Shown: piece by piece, positions 24,852 to 32,000 of the stretch
Numbering within the stretch: the stretch's first letter is position 1
Layout of the letters: each line of letters starts with the position of its first letter
Origin: Bacteroidales bacterium
GTDB lineage: Bacteria; Bacteroidota; Bacteroidia; Bacteroidales; ML635J-15
Length of the DNA stretch: 32,000 nucleotides
Assembly (NCBI GenBank): GCA_017526205.1
Contig: JAFXRP010000201.1
Span: 11,404 to 43,403 of the forward strand
Reading direction: 5' to 3'
Position numbers and translations under genes: made by a program
Notes under the pieces: model-generated
Seen by the model: the letters and a program-made list of their open reading frames with translations, nothing else
What the model was told of the DNA's origin: nothing
The model's database searches: none

Positions 24852-25454
24852 ATGAGAAGATTTGTTTTTGCATTGTTGATGATTGCCGCTAGTGCAGGTT
24901 GCTTCGCGCAAAGCGACGGCGAGAAGTCGAAGATTGCGGAAATCCGCAAGATGTACAACAACGAGATGGAATGGATTAATATAATGCTTGGCGATGAAAC
25001 TATTCCGGATGACTATATTACGGCAAAAGTAAGGCACAACCTTGCGGGATCAGGTCAGGCAGATGAAACAATAGAGTTCTTTTTCAATGATGATTTTGAT
25101 GAGGATCTTGGCGAATATGTTTCGTCTTTGGATTTTGTGCGCAAGACGACCGTGTATACCATAGCGGAGGGCAAGTCGTATGAGGAGTTTTTGTATGACG
25201 ATGCTGGTTTTCCAGCCTTCTATTATGCAAGTTTCACGACCTATCTAAAAGATGGGGAACATTATGCGGAAAAGTATGTTGAGATTCGTGCATACTACGA
25301 CAAGGGCGTGCAGTTTCATGTCATTTGCAAGGTCGGAAACGACAAGTCGTCGCTGAAGGAAGTACCACTTACAGAAGAACTGGATGAATATCTTTTTAGG
25401 GGATTTTTGCAGTTCGGAAAATTGAAGGATGCGTTGGATGGGATGTTGAACTAA
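24852..25454 (+). CDS. hypothetical lipoprotein/exported protein
   Basis: 200 aa. The signal peptide has a lipobox-like ASAGC (MRRFVFALLMIAASAGCFAQ). I recognise no other motif. Confidence 0.6.
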   Translation: MRRFVFALLMIAASAGCFAQSDGEKSKIAEIRKMYNNEMEWINIMLGDETIPDDYITAKVRHNLAGSGQADETIEFFFNDDFDEDLGEYVSSLDFVRKTTVYTIAEGKSYEEFLYDDAGFPAFYYASFTTYLKDGEHYAEKYVEIRAYYDKGVQFHVICKVGNDKSSLKEVPLTEELDEYLFRGFLQFGKLKDALDGMLN

Positions 25455-25457
25455 AAG

Positions 25458-26426
25458 TTACAATTCGATAGAATTAGCCAATTTTCTAAATGCATCCAAA
25501 CATTTTTTCTCATCGCCATACGATATTCCAGTTATCACAAAATATCTGTCCTTGTCAAATAGTACAAGCTGGTAGATGAATTCTGTTTTCAGGAACTTGC
25601 TTACACCTGTTGCATATATTTCGTAGCCTGAAAGTTTCCCGGTGCTGTACTTTTGGGGTTCTAGGTTGCTGTTTTCGTCCCAAGTGAGCGGATATAGCTT
25701 TATGCGGTGCAGACAGATGTCTTTCTTTTGTTCTTCGGAGAATTGCAATCCGCTGTGGCTTTCGTGGATTGTCAGCGAGGTCATGTCATCGGTTTTCGAT
25801 GGGACGTTGCCGTCGTCGGTGAAAGTGCGTGTGTCGCCCATTGGAGGACATTCGATAAGGCCGGTGCCTTCAAGGTTTACTTTGTATGTAAATGACTCGC
25901 TGATGGGTTTTGATTCCATTTTTGGGTCGAAAATTATACTAAGCAGCGAGTTGGTGATTTCGATGTTCAGGTTGTTTTGTATAGGCTTTGGCGTTGACCC
26001 CATGACAAGGTAGGTTTGTGAGCAGTTACCTATAATTAATATAGACACGGCAAGTTCCTTTTCGTTGATGTACTGGTCGCCATCTATCATCATGGCATCG
26101 AAACCGTTGATTTTGAAAAATGTTTCCTTCTTTACCACAATGCCAGCCTGAAACATCGATTTCTTGTCGAATGTGTAGAAATTACGGTTTACATCGCCAT
26201 CGAGTTCCTGCACCGAAATGTAACTTTGCGCTAGCGTGTGCTCGTATGTTGTAGCATTGCGACGGGTGAAACCTTGTGGCAGTTTTATTTTAAGTTTTGT
26301 GGTTTCAAAAGCGGTATATTCTTTAGAGTCGATGTTTGTTATTTCAATGGCTTTTGAGTTAATACCCTGACAAACAACGGCTAAGCTTGCAAGAATAAAT
26401 AATATGACAAGAATAATCCTGTTCAT
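25458..26426 (-). CDS. hypothetical exported protein
   Basis: The ORF-track start at 26447 is a TTG. The ATG at 26426 gives MNRIILVILFILASLAVVCQG, a signal peptide. I recognise no other motif. Confidence 0.6.
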   Translation of the reverse strand: MNRIILVILFILASLAVVCQGINSKAIEITNIDSKEYTAFETTKLKIKLPQGFTRRNATTYEHTLAQSYISVQELDGDVNRNFYTFDKKSMFQAGIVVKKETFFKINGFDAMMIDGDQYINEKELAVSILIIGNCSQTYLVMGSTPKPIQNNLNIEITNSLLSIIFDPKMESKPISESFTYKVNLEGTGLIECPPMGDTRTFTDDGNVPSKTDDMTSLTIHESHSGLQFSEEQKKDICLHRIKLYPLTWDENSNLEPQKYSTGKLSGYEIYATGVSKFLKTEFIYQLVLFDKDRYFVITGISYGDEKKCLDAFRKLANSIEL

Positions 26427-26488
26427 TTGCGAAAAAAAATTTTTCAAATTTAATAATAATGTGTTATTTCGTAAAAAATTTTTGAACG

Positions 26489-27790
26489 ATGAATTTCAAA
26501 TTCGGCATATTATCGGCGGTAATTTCCATGCTAATGCTTTGTCATAATTTGTATGCGTTTGATTTTGAGCGTGATACTGTAGCATGCGTTGATCGAGTAT
26601 ATGGAAAGAACTTGAAAACCGTGCGTATGCATTTGCATGACTGGGAAGTTTCGTATCCAGTGATGGAACTATACGGAGAGGTTGGACTTGAATTTTCATT
26701 TGACCAGATTGAATCGCAACCGCAGAATTATTACTATACCGTCATGCATTGCACCTACGACTGGAAGCCGTCGAATTTGATGTTTGTCGATTATGCTGAT
26801 GGTTTTGACGAGAATGAAATTCGAAACTACGAGGAATCGCAGAGTACATACGTGCAATATACGCATTTTTCGCTAAACCTGCCAAACGAAGATTTGCAAC
26901 TGAAACTTTCTGGAAACTATTTGCTTATTGTATTTGTAAAAGAGCCTGAGGAAAGAATTGTGTGTACTAAACGTTTTATGGTTTACGAAAATCTTGTGAC
27001 GGTTGAGGGGCGAGTTAATTCCAATGTGTTTGGTGAGTTTAAAAAGGAGTACCAGAAGGTTGATTTCGAGATAATACCGAAGAAATATCCAATCTATAAT
27101 CCGCTCGAAGAACTGAAGGTTACGCTTGTGCAGAATTTCCAGTGCGATGAGTCATACACCGAAATGCAACCATCGTTTGTCGGCAACGATTCGTATATTT
27201 TCAATTGGGAGGACAAATATCTGTTTAATGCAGGAAACGAGTACAGGTATTTCAATTTCAATAATCTGGAGCTAAATTCGGAATATGTTGAGCATATTGA
27301 GTATCGCAAACCGTACTATTACATCGACCTTGTGCCAGGAAAATCGAAGTATTTCGAGCCTTATGCAAGCGACGAGGATATAAATGGAGGTTACATAATA
27401 AAGACCAACAGGCGCAACAACAATAATTTCCCGGAAATCCAGTCGGAGTATGCCATTGTGCGTTTCCGACTGAACAATCCTTCCATGCTTGGCGGTGCTA
27501 GTGTCTATCTGTATGGTGCGCTTACCAATTATGAGCTTTCGTCGCAATATAAGATGAAATATAACATGGAGGCACATTGCTACGAATTGCTTATGTTTCT
27601 CAAGCAAGGATACTATAACTATAGGTACGTTGTTGTTCCGGAGGGAGAAGGTGCTGGGATGGACAGGTTTTTCTTCGAAGGAAGCCACAAGCAGACCGAA
27701 AACGACTATTTGTTGTTTGTGTATCACCGCAATCCGAGTGAATCGTACGACAGGTTGATAAATTACACGAAATTCAATAGCAGAAATTAG
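26489..27790 (+). CDS. DUF5103-family protein (candidate type IX secretion system plug protein)
   Basis: 433 aa with a signal peptide. From memory, the size and the segment QNYYYTVMHCTYDWKPSNLMFVDYADGF...YVQYTHFSLNLPN..LKLSGNYLLIVF resemble the DUF5103/T9SS-plug family. This was not verified by a search. Confidence 0.5.
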   Translation: MNFKFGILSAVISMLMLCHNLYAFDFERDTVACVDRVYGKNLKTVRMHLHDWEVSYPVMELYGEVGLEFSFDQIESQPQNYYYTVMHCTYDWKPSNLMFVDYADGFDENEIRNYEESQSTYVQYTHFSLNLPNEDLQLKLSGNYLLIVFVKEPEERIVCTKRFMVYENLVTVEGRVNSNVFGEFKKEYQKVDFEIIPKKYPIYNPLEELKVTLVQNFQCDESYTEMQPSFVGNDSYIFNWEDKYLFNAGNEYRYFNFNNLELNSEYVEHIEYRKPYYYIDLVPGKSKYFEPYASDEDINGGYIIKTNRRNNNNFPEIQSEYAIVRFRLNNPSMLGGASVYLYGALTNYELSSQYKMKYNMEAHCYELLMFLKQGYYNYRYVVVPEGEGAGMDRFFFEGSHKQTENDYLLFVYHRNPSESYDRLINYTKFNSRN

Positions 27791-27831
27791 ATGGCTGACG
27801 CCTGTTTGATGGGCTAAAGCCCGTTTCAAGT

Positions 27832-27981
27832 AGAATCGCGCCATGGCACGATTCTATAAGATGATTCAAAAATTCGATGATTTGTATTGGCGCAATGCGT
27901 TGCGCCGATTGAGACGCAAAATTTTGCGTCTGTACAATAGAATATATTAATTGTGTTTCATAGGCAACGGTCTGTTTGTCC
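27832..27981 (+). repeat. modular hairpin repeat, copy C (M2-M1-M4 plus conserved tail)
   Basis: agaatcgcgccatggcacgattct (27832-27854), ggcgcaa-tgcg-ttgcgcc (27889-27906), agacgcaaaattttgcgtct (27912-27931), then the tail. A 34-nt run, ccgattgagacgcaaaattttgcgtctgtacaat (27905-27938), is identical to 23849-23882. Confidence 0.75.
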
Positions 27982-28031
27982 CAAAATCCTTTCTTCTCAA
28001 AAAAAATCTTTGCCATAAAGAAAAATAGTTG

Positions 28032-28039
28032 TATTTTTG
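28032..28039 (+). promoter_or_regulatory. Bacteroides-type -7 promoter box TAttTTTG
   Basis: Exact consensus match, 11 nt upstream of the first nucleotide of tRNA-Leu. Confidence 0.5.
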
Positions 28040-28049
28040 CATCGCAAAT

Positions 28050-28133
28050 GCCCAAGTGGCGGAATTGGTAGACGCGCTGGTTTCAGGGACCAGTGTTCGC
28101 AAGGACGTGCAGGTTCGAGCCCTGTCTCGGGCA
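28050..28133 (+). tRNA. tRNA-Leu (anticodon CAG), type II with a long variable arm; CCA not encoded
   Basis: Cloverleaf folded by hand. Acceptor GCCCAAG/CTCGGGC has one A5-C68 mismatch. D arm GCG-GAATTGGTAGA-CGC. Anticodon stem CTGGT/ACCAG with loop TTCAGGG. Variable arm GTTC-GCAA-GGAC. T arm GCAGG-TTCGAGC-CCTGT. Discriminator A. Confidence 0.9.
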
Positions 28134-28136
28134 CAG

Positions 28137-28163
28137 AAAGACGGATTTTCCGTCTTTTTTTTT
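28137..28163 (+). terminator. intrinsic terminator after tRNA-Leu
   Basis: aaagacgga-ttt-tccgtcttt (9-bp stem) followed by a T-run at 28158-28163. Confidence 0.7.
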
Positions 28164-28263
28164 GTTTTGTGTATTTTGTTGAAAATCATGCGGATAATGA
28201 CTTTTTAAACATTTTGTGTTTGAACTTTTCCTTGAAAAAACTGCGTAACTGATTGGAAATACA

Positions 28264-28271
28264 TATTTTTG
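28264..28271 (+). promoter_or_regulatory. Bacteroides-type -7 promoter box TAttTTTG
   Basis: Exact consensus match, 20 nt upstream of the ATG at 28291. Confidence 0.45.
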
Positions 28272-28290
28272 CAGTTTAACTTTAAATGCT

Positions 28291-28749
28291 ATGCGAAAAA
28301 TTATCGCTATAATATTTACCCTTATGCTGGCTGTGGCGCTATTCGATTCGTGCGGCAGATACGAGAACGGACCAGCCTTTTCGTTAAGGTCGGCAAAGTC
28401 GAGGTTAATTGGCGAGTGGTATCTCACGGATTTGTTAGTCAACGACAAGCATGAGCAAGCGCTGTTTGATAAGGAGTCGTCGTCGGTTGTAATATTGAAT
28501 TATGACGGAACTTTTTCGTATTCGATGCCGGTGGTAAGATCGTTGAACGAAAGGTCGGGTTTGTGGTCGTTTGGCGAAGACAAGACAGAGCTGATTCTTA
28601 CTGAAGTGGATTCTATAAATGGGAATAGCGAGCGCAACTACAAGATAACACGTTTGTCGAGTTCGGAAATGTGGTTGGTTAACGGCAGCGAGGAATATTC
28701 GGGATACGATGACCTTATTGAACGCCATTTTGAAAAGAAACAAGATTAA
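28291..28749 (+). CDS. small lipoprotein, lipocalin-like
   Basis: 152 aa. Lipoprotein signal MRKIIAIIFTLMLAVALFDSC. The GEWYLTDLLVND start is typical of Bacteroidales lipocalin-like lipoproteins. Confidence 0.65.
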   Translation: MRKIIAIIFTLMLAVALFDSCGRYENGPAFSLRSAKSRLIGEWYLTDLLVNDKHEQALFDKESSSVVILNYDGTFSYSMPVVRSLNERSGLWSFGEDKTELILTEVDSINGNSERNYKITRLSSSEMWLVNGSEEYSGYDDLIERHFEKKQD

Positions 28750-28761
28750 AATACAATAGCT

Positions 28762-29322
28762 ATGAAAAACCGTATTTGTTTAATTGTCGTTTTGACACTA
28801 GTATTTGGGTTGTTTTTTTCTTCCTGCAAGAAATATGAAGAGGATTATGGACTGATGCTCAAGTCTCCTAAAGGTCGTCTGGTAGGCACATGGAAGATTA
28901 CGCAGATTGATTCGGATACCATGTCGATAAAAATGTCTGATTATGCAATGTTTGGCGAGTTGCAGATGACTTTTAAGAAGGATGAGACAGGTTCTATAAA
29001 GTTCAAGGACAATGGTTTGGGCGAAATGCTTGGAAATATCGACTGGGATGAACTTATGGGCGAAATGCAGGATTCGACATATACCGATAGCATCGACTAT
29101 GGACCTGGAGACCTTGACTTCACTTCTCTTTTGAGTACCGAGACCGAGTTTAAATGGGCTTTCGATGATAAGAAGGAATATCTGAAATTCAGCATGTACG
29201 ACTCTACGTCAAGCGCATACGTCAATGTTGCCGACATGAAAATCCTTTCGCTCTGCAAGTCCGACTGCAAGTTCCGCTACGAAGAAGATTCTACTAGGGT
29301 GGATGTTTCGATGCAGAAATAA
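28762..29322 (+). CDS. small lipoprotein, lipocalin-like (distant paralog of the preceding gene)
   Basis: 186 aa. Lipobox FFSSC. GTWKITQID motif after the signal peptide. Confidence 0.65.
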   Translation: MKNRICLIVVLTLVFGLFFSSCKKYEEDYGLMLKSPKGRLVGTWKITQIDSDTMSIKMSDYAMFGELQMTFKKDETGSIKFKDNGLGEMLGNIDWDELMGEMQDSTYTDSIDYGPGDLDFTSLLSTETEFKWAFDDKKEYLKFSMYDSTSSAYVNVADMKILSLCKSDCKFRYEEDSTRVDVSMQK

Positions 29323-29359
29323 ATTTTCACATTTGCATTAAGGATATTTTGAAAAATAC

Positions 29360-29398
29360 TGTGGCTTTCTATCTTCCAGTTGTAGATAGGAAGCCACA
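29360..29398 (+). terminator. strong hairpin downstream of the lipoprotein pair
   Basis: tgtggctttctatct / agataggaagccaca form a 15-bp stem with one G-U pair and a 9-nt loop, followed by attgttt. Confidence 0.5.
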
Positions 29399-29517
29399 AT
29401 TGTTTATGAGTTTGATAACTTCGTGAAAATATAATCGTATTAGTTGCGTATATTCCAACCTATCACAACTTTTGGTTAAAACCAGCCGCACTTTTCATCA
29501 TTTGTGGGGATTGTGTA

Positions 29518-29531
29518 CCTATCGCGATAGG
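29518..29531. promoter_or_regulatory. perfect 14-nt palindrome CCTATCGCGATAGG (operator-like)
   Basis: I verified that it is its own reverse complement. It ends 2 nt before a TActTTTG box. Confidence 0.3.
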
Positions 29532-29533
29532 CA

Positions 29534-29541
29534 TACTTTTG
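29534..29541 (+). promoter_or_regulatory. orphan Bacteroides-type -7 promoter box TActTTTG
   Basis: Exact consensus match, but no annotated plus-strand gene lies downstream before the terminator at 29645-29684. Confidence 0.3.
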
Positions 29542-29644
29542 CAAAACCAAAGTTAATTTACATTTATTTACACAAACTCAAAAAACGATGAACAAACTAT
29601 CATTTCAATAAAAACTGAATTTTATAAGGCATACAAATCATCGT

Positions 29645-29684
29645 AAAAAATAGGCTGTATCGTGAGATGCAGCCTGTTTTTTTT
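29645..29684. terminator. bidirectional intrinsic terminator (A-run, aggctg/cagcct stem, T-run)
   Basis: aaaaaat-aggctg-tatcgtgagatg-cagcct-gtttttttt. It lies immediately beyond the stop (29691) of the minus-strand Sel1 gene. Confidence 0.55.
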
Positions 29685-29690
29685 CGTGGG

Positions 29691-30821
29691 TTACTTTAAT
29701 TCTTTCAGCATTTCTATTGCTTTTGGGTCTCCTTGTTCTGCTGCCTTTGTTAGCCATTTCACACATTCTGCAAGGTCTTTGTTGACACCATCGCCATACT
29801 TGTAGAACATTGCAATATTAAATTGTGCTTCGTGCATTCCCTGTTCCGCAGCTTTGATGTACCATTCGGCAGCTTTTTCATAATTCTGCTCAATGCCTTC
29901 ACCACACTCATAACATACACCTAGATAAAATTGAGCATTCATGTTGCCTTGTTCTGCAGCTTTGGTGAACCATTCTACCGCTTTCTCAAGGTCAATCTCT
30001 ACGCCTTCTCCCTTTCTATAGCACATTGCCAGTATTTGTTGAGACTTGGCAATTCCTTGCTCTGCCGCTTTGCTAAATAATTCGAACGCCTTTTGGTAAT
30101 CTTTGCTTATGCCATCGCCGTATTTATAACAACAAGCAAGATTGTGTTGCGCCTCCGAATCTCCTTGTTCAGCCGCTTTAGAAAACCATTCAAAAGCCTT
30201 CTTGCGATTTTTTCTGACACCTTCACCAAACATATAACTTAAACCAAGATTATTCTGGGCTACTGAATATCCTTGCTTTGCGGCTTTTGTGTACCATACC
30301 ACAGCTTTCGACGAATTTTTTTCAACACCGTATCCATTATCATAACAAAAGCCTACCTCATTTTGTACCACATAATCACCTTGTTCTGCGGCCTTAGTGA
30401 ACCATTCTACGGCTTTTGCATAATCCTGCTTTACGCCATCACCGTATTTATAACAATAACCAAGATTGCATTGTGCAACCAATGCCCCTTGTTCTGCGGA
30501 CTTTGTGTACCATTCAACAGCTTTCTCAAGATTTATCTCTACGCCTTTGCCTTTTTTATAACATACAGCAAGATTATTCTGCGCTCCTGCATATCCCTGT
30601 TCTGCAGCTTTGGTGTACCATTCTACTGTTTTAGTTAAATCTTTTTCCACGCCATCGCCTTTTTCGTAGCGGCGGGCCAGTGTGAATTGAGCCTTAACAT
30701 CTCCTTGTTCCGCCAATTCCCTTAGTTCTTCAAACGGTAATTTTGAATATTGAACTTCCTTCTGTTGTTTTTCTTCCATAATTCTAAATTTTATATTCCA
30801 CGATATGCAATGAATGGGCAT
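29691..30821 (-). CDS. Sel1-repeat (SLR/TPR-like) protein, about 9 repeats, no signal peptide
   Basis: The reiterated unit is KAVEWYTKAAEQG...AQ.NLG.CY..G.GV..... An alternative start is the ATG at 30779 (MEEKQQKE). Confidence 0.85.
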   Translation of the reverse strand: MPIHCISWNIKFRIMEEKQQKEVQYSKLPFEELRELAEQGDVKAQFTLARRYEKGDGVEKDLTKTVEWYTKAAEQGYAGAQNNLAVCYKKGKGVEINLEKAVEWYTKSAEQGALVAQCNLGYCYKYGDGVKQDYAKAVEWFTKAAEQGDYVVQNEVGFCYDNGYGVEKNSSKAVVWYTKAAKQGYSVAQNNLGLSYMFGEGVRKNRKKAFEWFSKAAEQGDSEAQHNLACCYKYGDGISKDYQKAFELFSKAAEQGIAKSQQILAMCYRKGEGVEIDLEKAVEWFTKAAEQGNMNAQFYLGVCYECGEGIEQNYEKAAEWYIKAAEQGMHEAQFNIAMFYKYGDGVNKDLAECVKWLTKAAEQGDPKAIEMLKELK

Positions 30822-30843
30822 CTATTGACAGGTCAAAAATCCC

Positions 30844-31803
30844 TCATCTCACCACCCAAGTCGTACAATTTAGCAAACCGCCTTCCTTGGCGACATCGTT
30901 GTAGTCGATTGTTTCAATTATCTTGTTCGGAAATGTCCTTTGTAAGATTTCAAGAGCTTGCTTGTCTTCGTCCCGATTATATATCGGTATCACAATCAAA
31001 TCGTTGACATCCAAATAGTTCACATATATTCCTATTGCACTGCCAGGATGCTTGCGGTCTTTGTGTTCAAAAAATGGAATGTCAATATATGTGAGTTTGT
31101 ATTGGTCTATAACCTTTTGAATGCCTTTTTGCCAATATTTATATTCCTTTGCCCTGTCATTTCCAAGAATAGTGTTTCTGTCAACAAACCTGACCATGCC
31201 ATCGGCGTGACCTGTGTAATCGCTGTTTTGCGCGGGTATGATAATAATCTCGCATTCAAGCAGTTTCGACAGTTCGTTTATCAGGGAATCCTTTTCATAA
31301 TCTGGATTTTCCGTGAAAATCCTGTCCGACAATATTGCCCTGCCATCACAGATAAGCACATTTCCTCCGTCCAAGTTTATGTCCGAAAATGTAGCGTTAA
31401 TATTATTCAACCGGCAAACTTCTTTCACATCGGAACGCGAATCTTCCCATTCCTTTTCGCCTTTCAAATAGCTTGGTTCGTACCGGAATTGTATAAACTT
31501 TCCCGATTCAGTTTGTACCGGCATATAATCGCGGCACCAGATGTCCTTTGTCCCTTTAATAAACGAGTATTTCACATGATGCTTTTCGAGAATGGCAATC
31601 AGGTTCTTGCAAGTTTCGGGGTATTTGTCCATTAGCAGTTCCGACATATAGACGGTTTGTTCGTTGTGCGGGTTGTTGTCTTTCATTTCAAACATAGGTT
31701 CATTTATTAAGTTGTTCTTTTTGTAAGATTCGTTACTGGTTGCCGCATCTGTGGATATGAAACAGACGATAATTCCAATTAGTAATCCGAATGTAATTCT
31801 CAT
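30844..31803 (-). CDS. exported agmatine deiminase / Porphyromonas-type peptidylarginine deiminase family protein
   Basis: 319 aa. Signal peptide MRITFGLLIGIIVCFISTDAA. Family motifs DIWCRDYMPV, LDGGNVLI and TGHADGMVRF are present, plus the C-terminal catalytic-Cys motif EGGLLNCTTW. Confidence 0.72.
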   Translation of the reverse strand: MRITFGLLIGIIVCFISTDAATSNESYKKNNLINEPMFEMKDNNPHNEQTVYMSELLMDKYPETCKNLIAILEKHHVKYSFIKGTKDIWCRDYMPVQTESGKFIQFRYEPSYLKGEKEWEDSRSDVKEVCRLNNINATFSDINLDGGNVLICDGRAILSDRIFTENPDYEKDSLINELSKLLECEIIIIPAQNSDYTGHADGMVRFVDRNTILGNDRAKEYKYWQKGIQKVIDQYKLTYIDIPFFEHKDRKHPGSAIGIYVNYLDVNDLIVIPIYNRDEDKQALEILQRTFPNKIIETIDYNDVAKEGGLLNCTTWVVR

Positions 31804-32000
31804 TTTATTGTTTTTAATCCTACTAGTCTAAACTGCCACAATCTTTCTCCTTCTATATTTATTCGTTTTCCCTGCTCAATGTCGCCACCTTTATTATATT
31901 CTACCCATTTTATAGCATTTGTACCCAAGAACGATAGTAGGCCAGAATAATACAAATCATCATAAAGATGAGATGAGCAATAGTCGTACAATATAATATC
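31800..32000 (-). CDS. hypothetical protein, partial (5' end outside the window)
   Basis: The frame stays open to the window end, and the ORF-track M at 31991 is a TTG. The stop overlaps the downstream ATG (ATGA), suggesting an operon with the deiminase-family gene. Confidence 0.45.
   Translation of the reverse strand, partial: DIILYDYCSSHLYDDLYYSGLLSFLGTNAIKWVEYNKGGDIEQGKRINIEGERLWQFRLVGLKTIK

Noticed and set aside
9378-26447. N-terminal extensions in the ORF track at 9431, 15573, 20791, 23487 and 26447
   Set aside because: In each case the first codon is a TTG (caa on the plus strand). A downstream in-frame ATG immediately precedes a canonical signal peptide or domain start. At 20791 the extension also swallows the -7 promoter box.
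15673-27981. Possibility that the recurring hairpin repeats are a CRISPR array
   Set aside because: The copies are 4-8 kb apart and separated by ordinary genes. There is no regular repeat-spacer periodicity and no cas genes in the window.
27774-28448. ORFs 27774..28055, 27947..28189, 28037..28252 and 28083..28448
   Set aside because: They overlap the tRNA-Leu gene, its terminator and hairpin-repeat copy C, and they show no coding features.
1-32000. Mobile element, genomic island or defence system
   Set aside because: No transposase, integrase, phage, toxin-antitoxin, restriction-modification or nuclease/ATPase defence-type genes are recognisable. tRNA-Leu is not followed by an integrase or a repeat of its 3' end.

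Overview
This window looks like a chromosomal segment of a Bacteroidota (probably Bacteroidales) genome. Three lines of evidence support that: several proteins end in T9SS C-terminal sorting domains (CTDs), many genes are preceded by the Bacteroides-type -7 promoter box TAnnTTTG with no Shine-Dalgarno sequence, and FISUMP-domain proteins are present.

Gene content, left to right:
- A partial exported-protein gene whose 5' end appears frameshifted.
- Two tandem, partly homogenised FISUMP paralogs that carry a T9SS-CTD-like domain at an internal position.
- A tight five-gene plus-strand cassette: HAD-IB hydrolase, nucleotidyltransferase, Asp/Glu-type racemase, SAM methyltransferase and a LicD-family phosphotransferase.
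- A convergent minus-strand block: GT2, GT4 and a YfhO-family membrane protein, followed by an NMO/FabK-like oxidoreductase, rnhA and a PKD-repeat T9SS cargo protein.
- recR.
- A roughly 1217-aa modular T9SS adhesin-like protein.
- RNase P RNA (rnpB).
- A PCMD/cadherin-like T9SS cargo protein.
- An AMP-nucleosidase-like gene and two hypothetical exported proteins.
- A DUF5103 protein (candidate T9SS plug).
- tRNA-Leu(CAG) and two lipocalin-like lipoproteins.
- A Sel1-repeat protein and an exported agmatine-deiminase/PAD-family protein.

No transposase, integrase, CRISPR array or recognisable defence gene is present.

The least explained signals are non-coding:
- A modular family of hairpin repeats recurs in three intergenic regions, and one module shows compensatory stem changes.
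- Degenerate heptanucleotide arrays (GTTCAAN / CATTRTY and their complements) fill at least six intergenic stretches.
- rnpB is bracketed by these arrays and by a roughly 35-nt direct repeat.

The most interesting coding signal is the LicD cassette. Its gene content does not match the known choline pathway, which suggests an uncharacterised phospho-headgroup decoration of a surface glycan.

All functional calls rest on motif recognition by eye. No database search was run.
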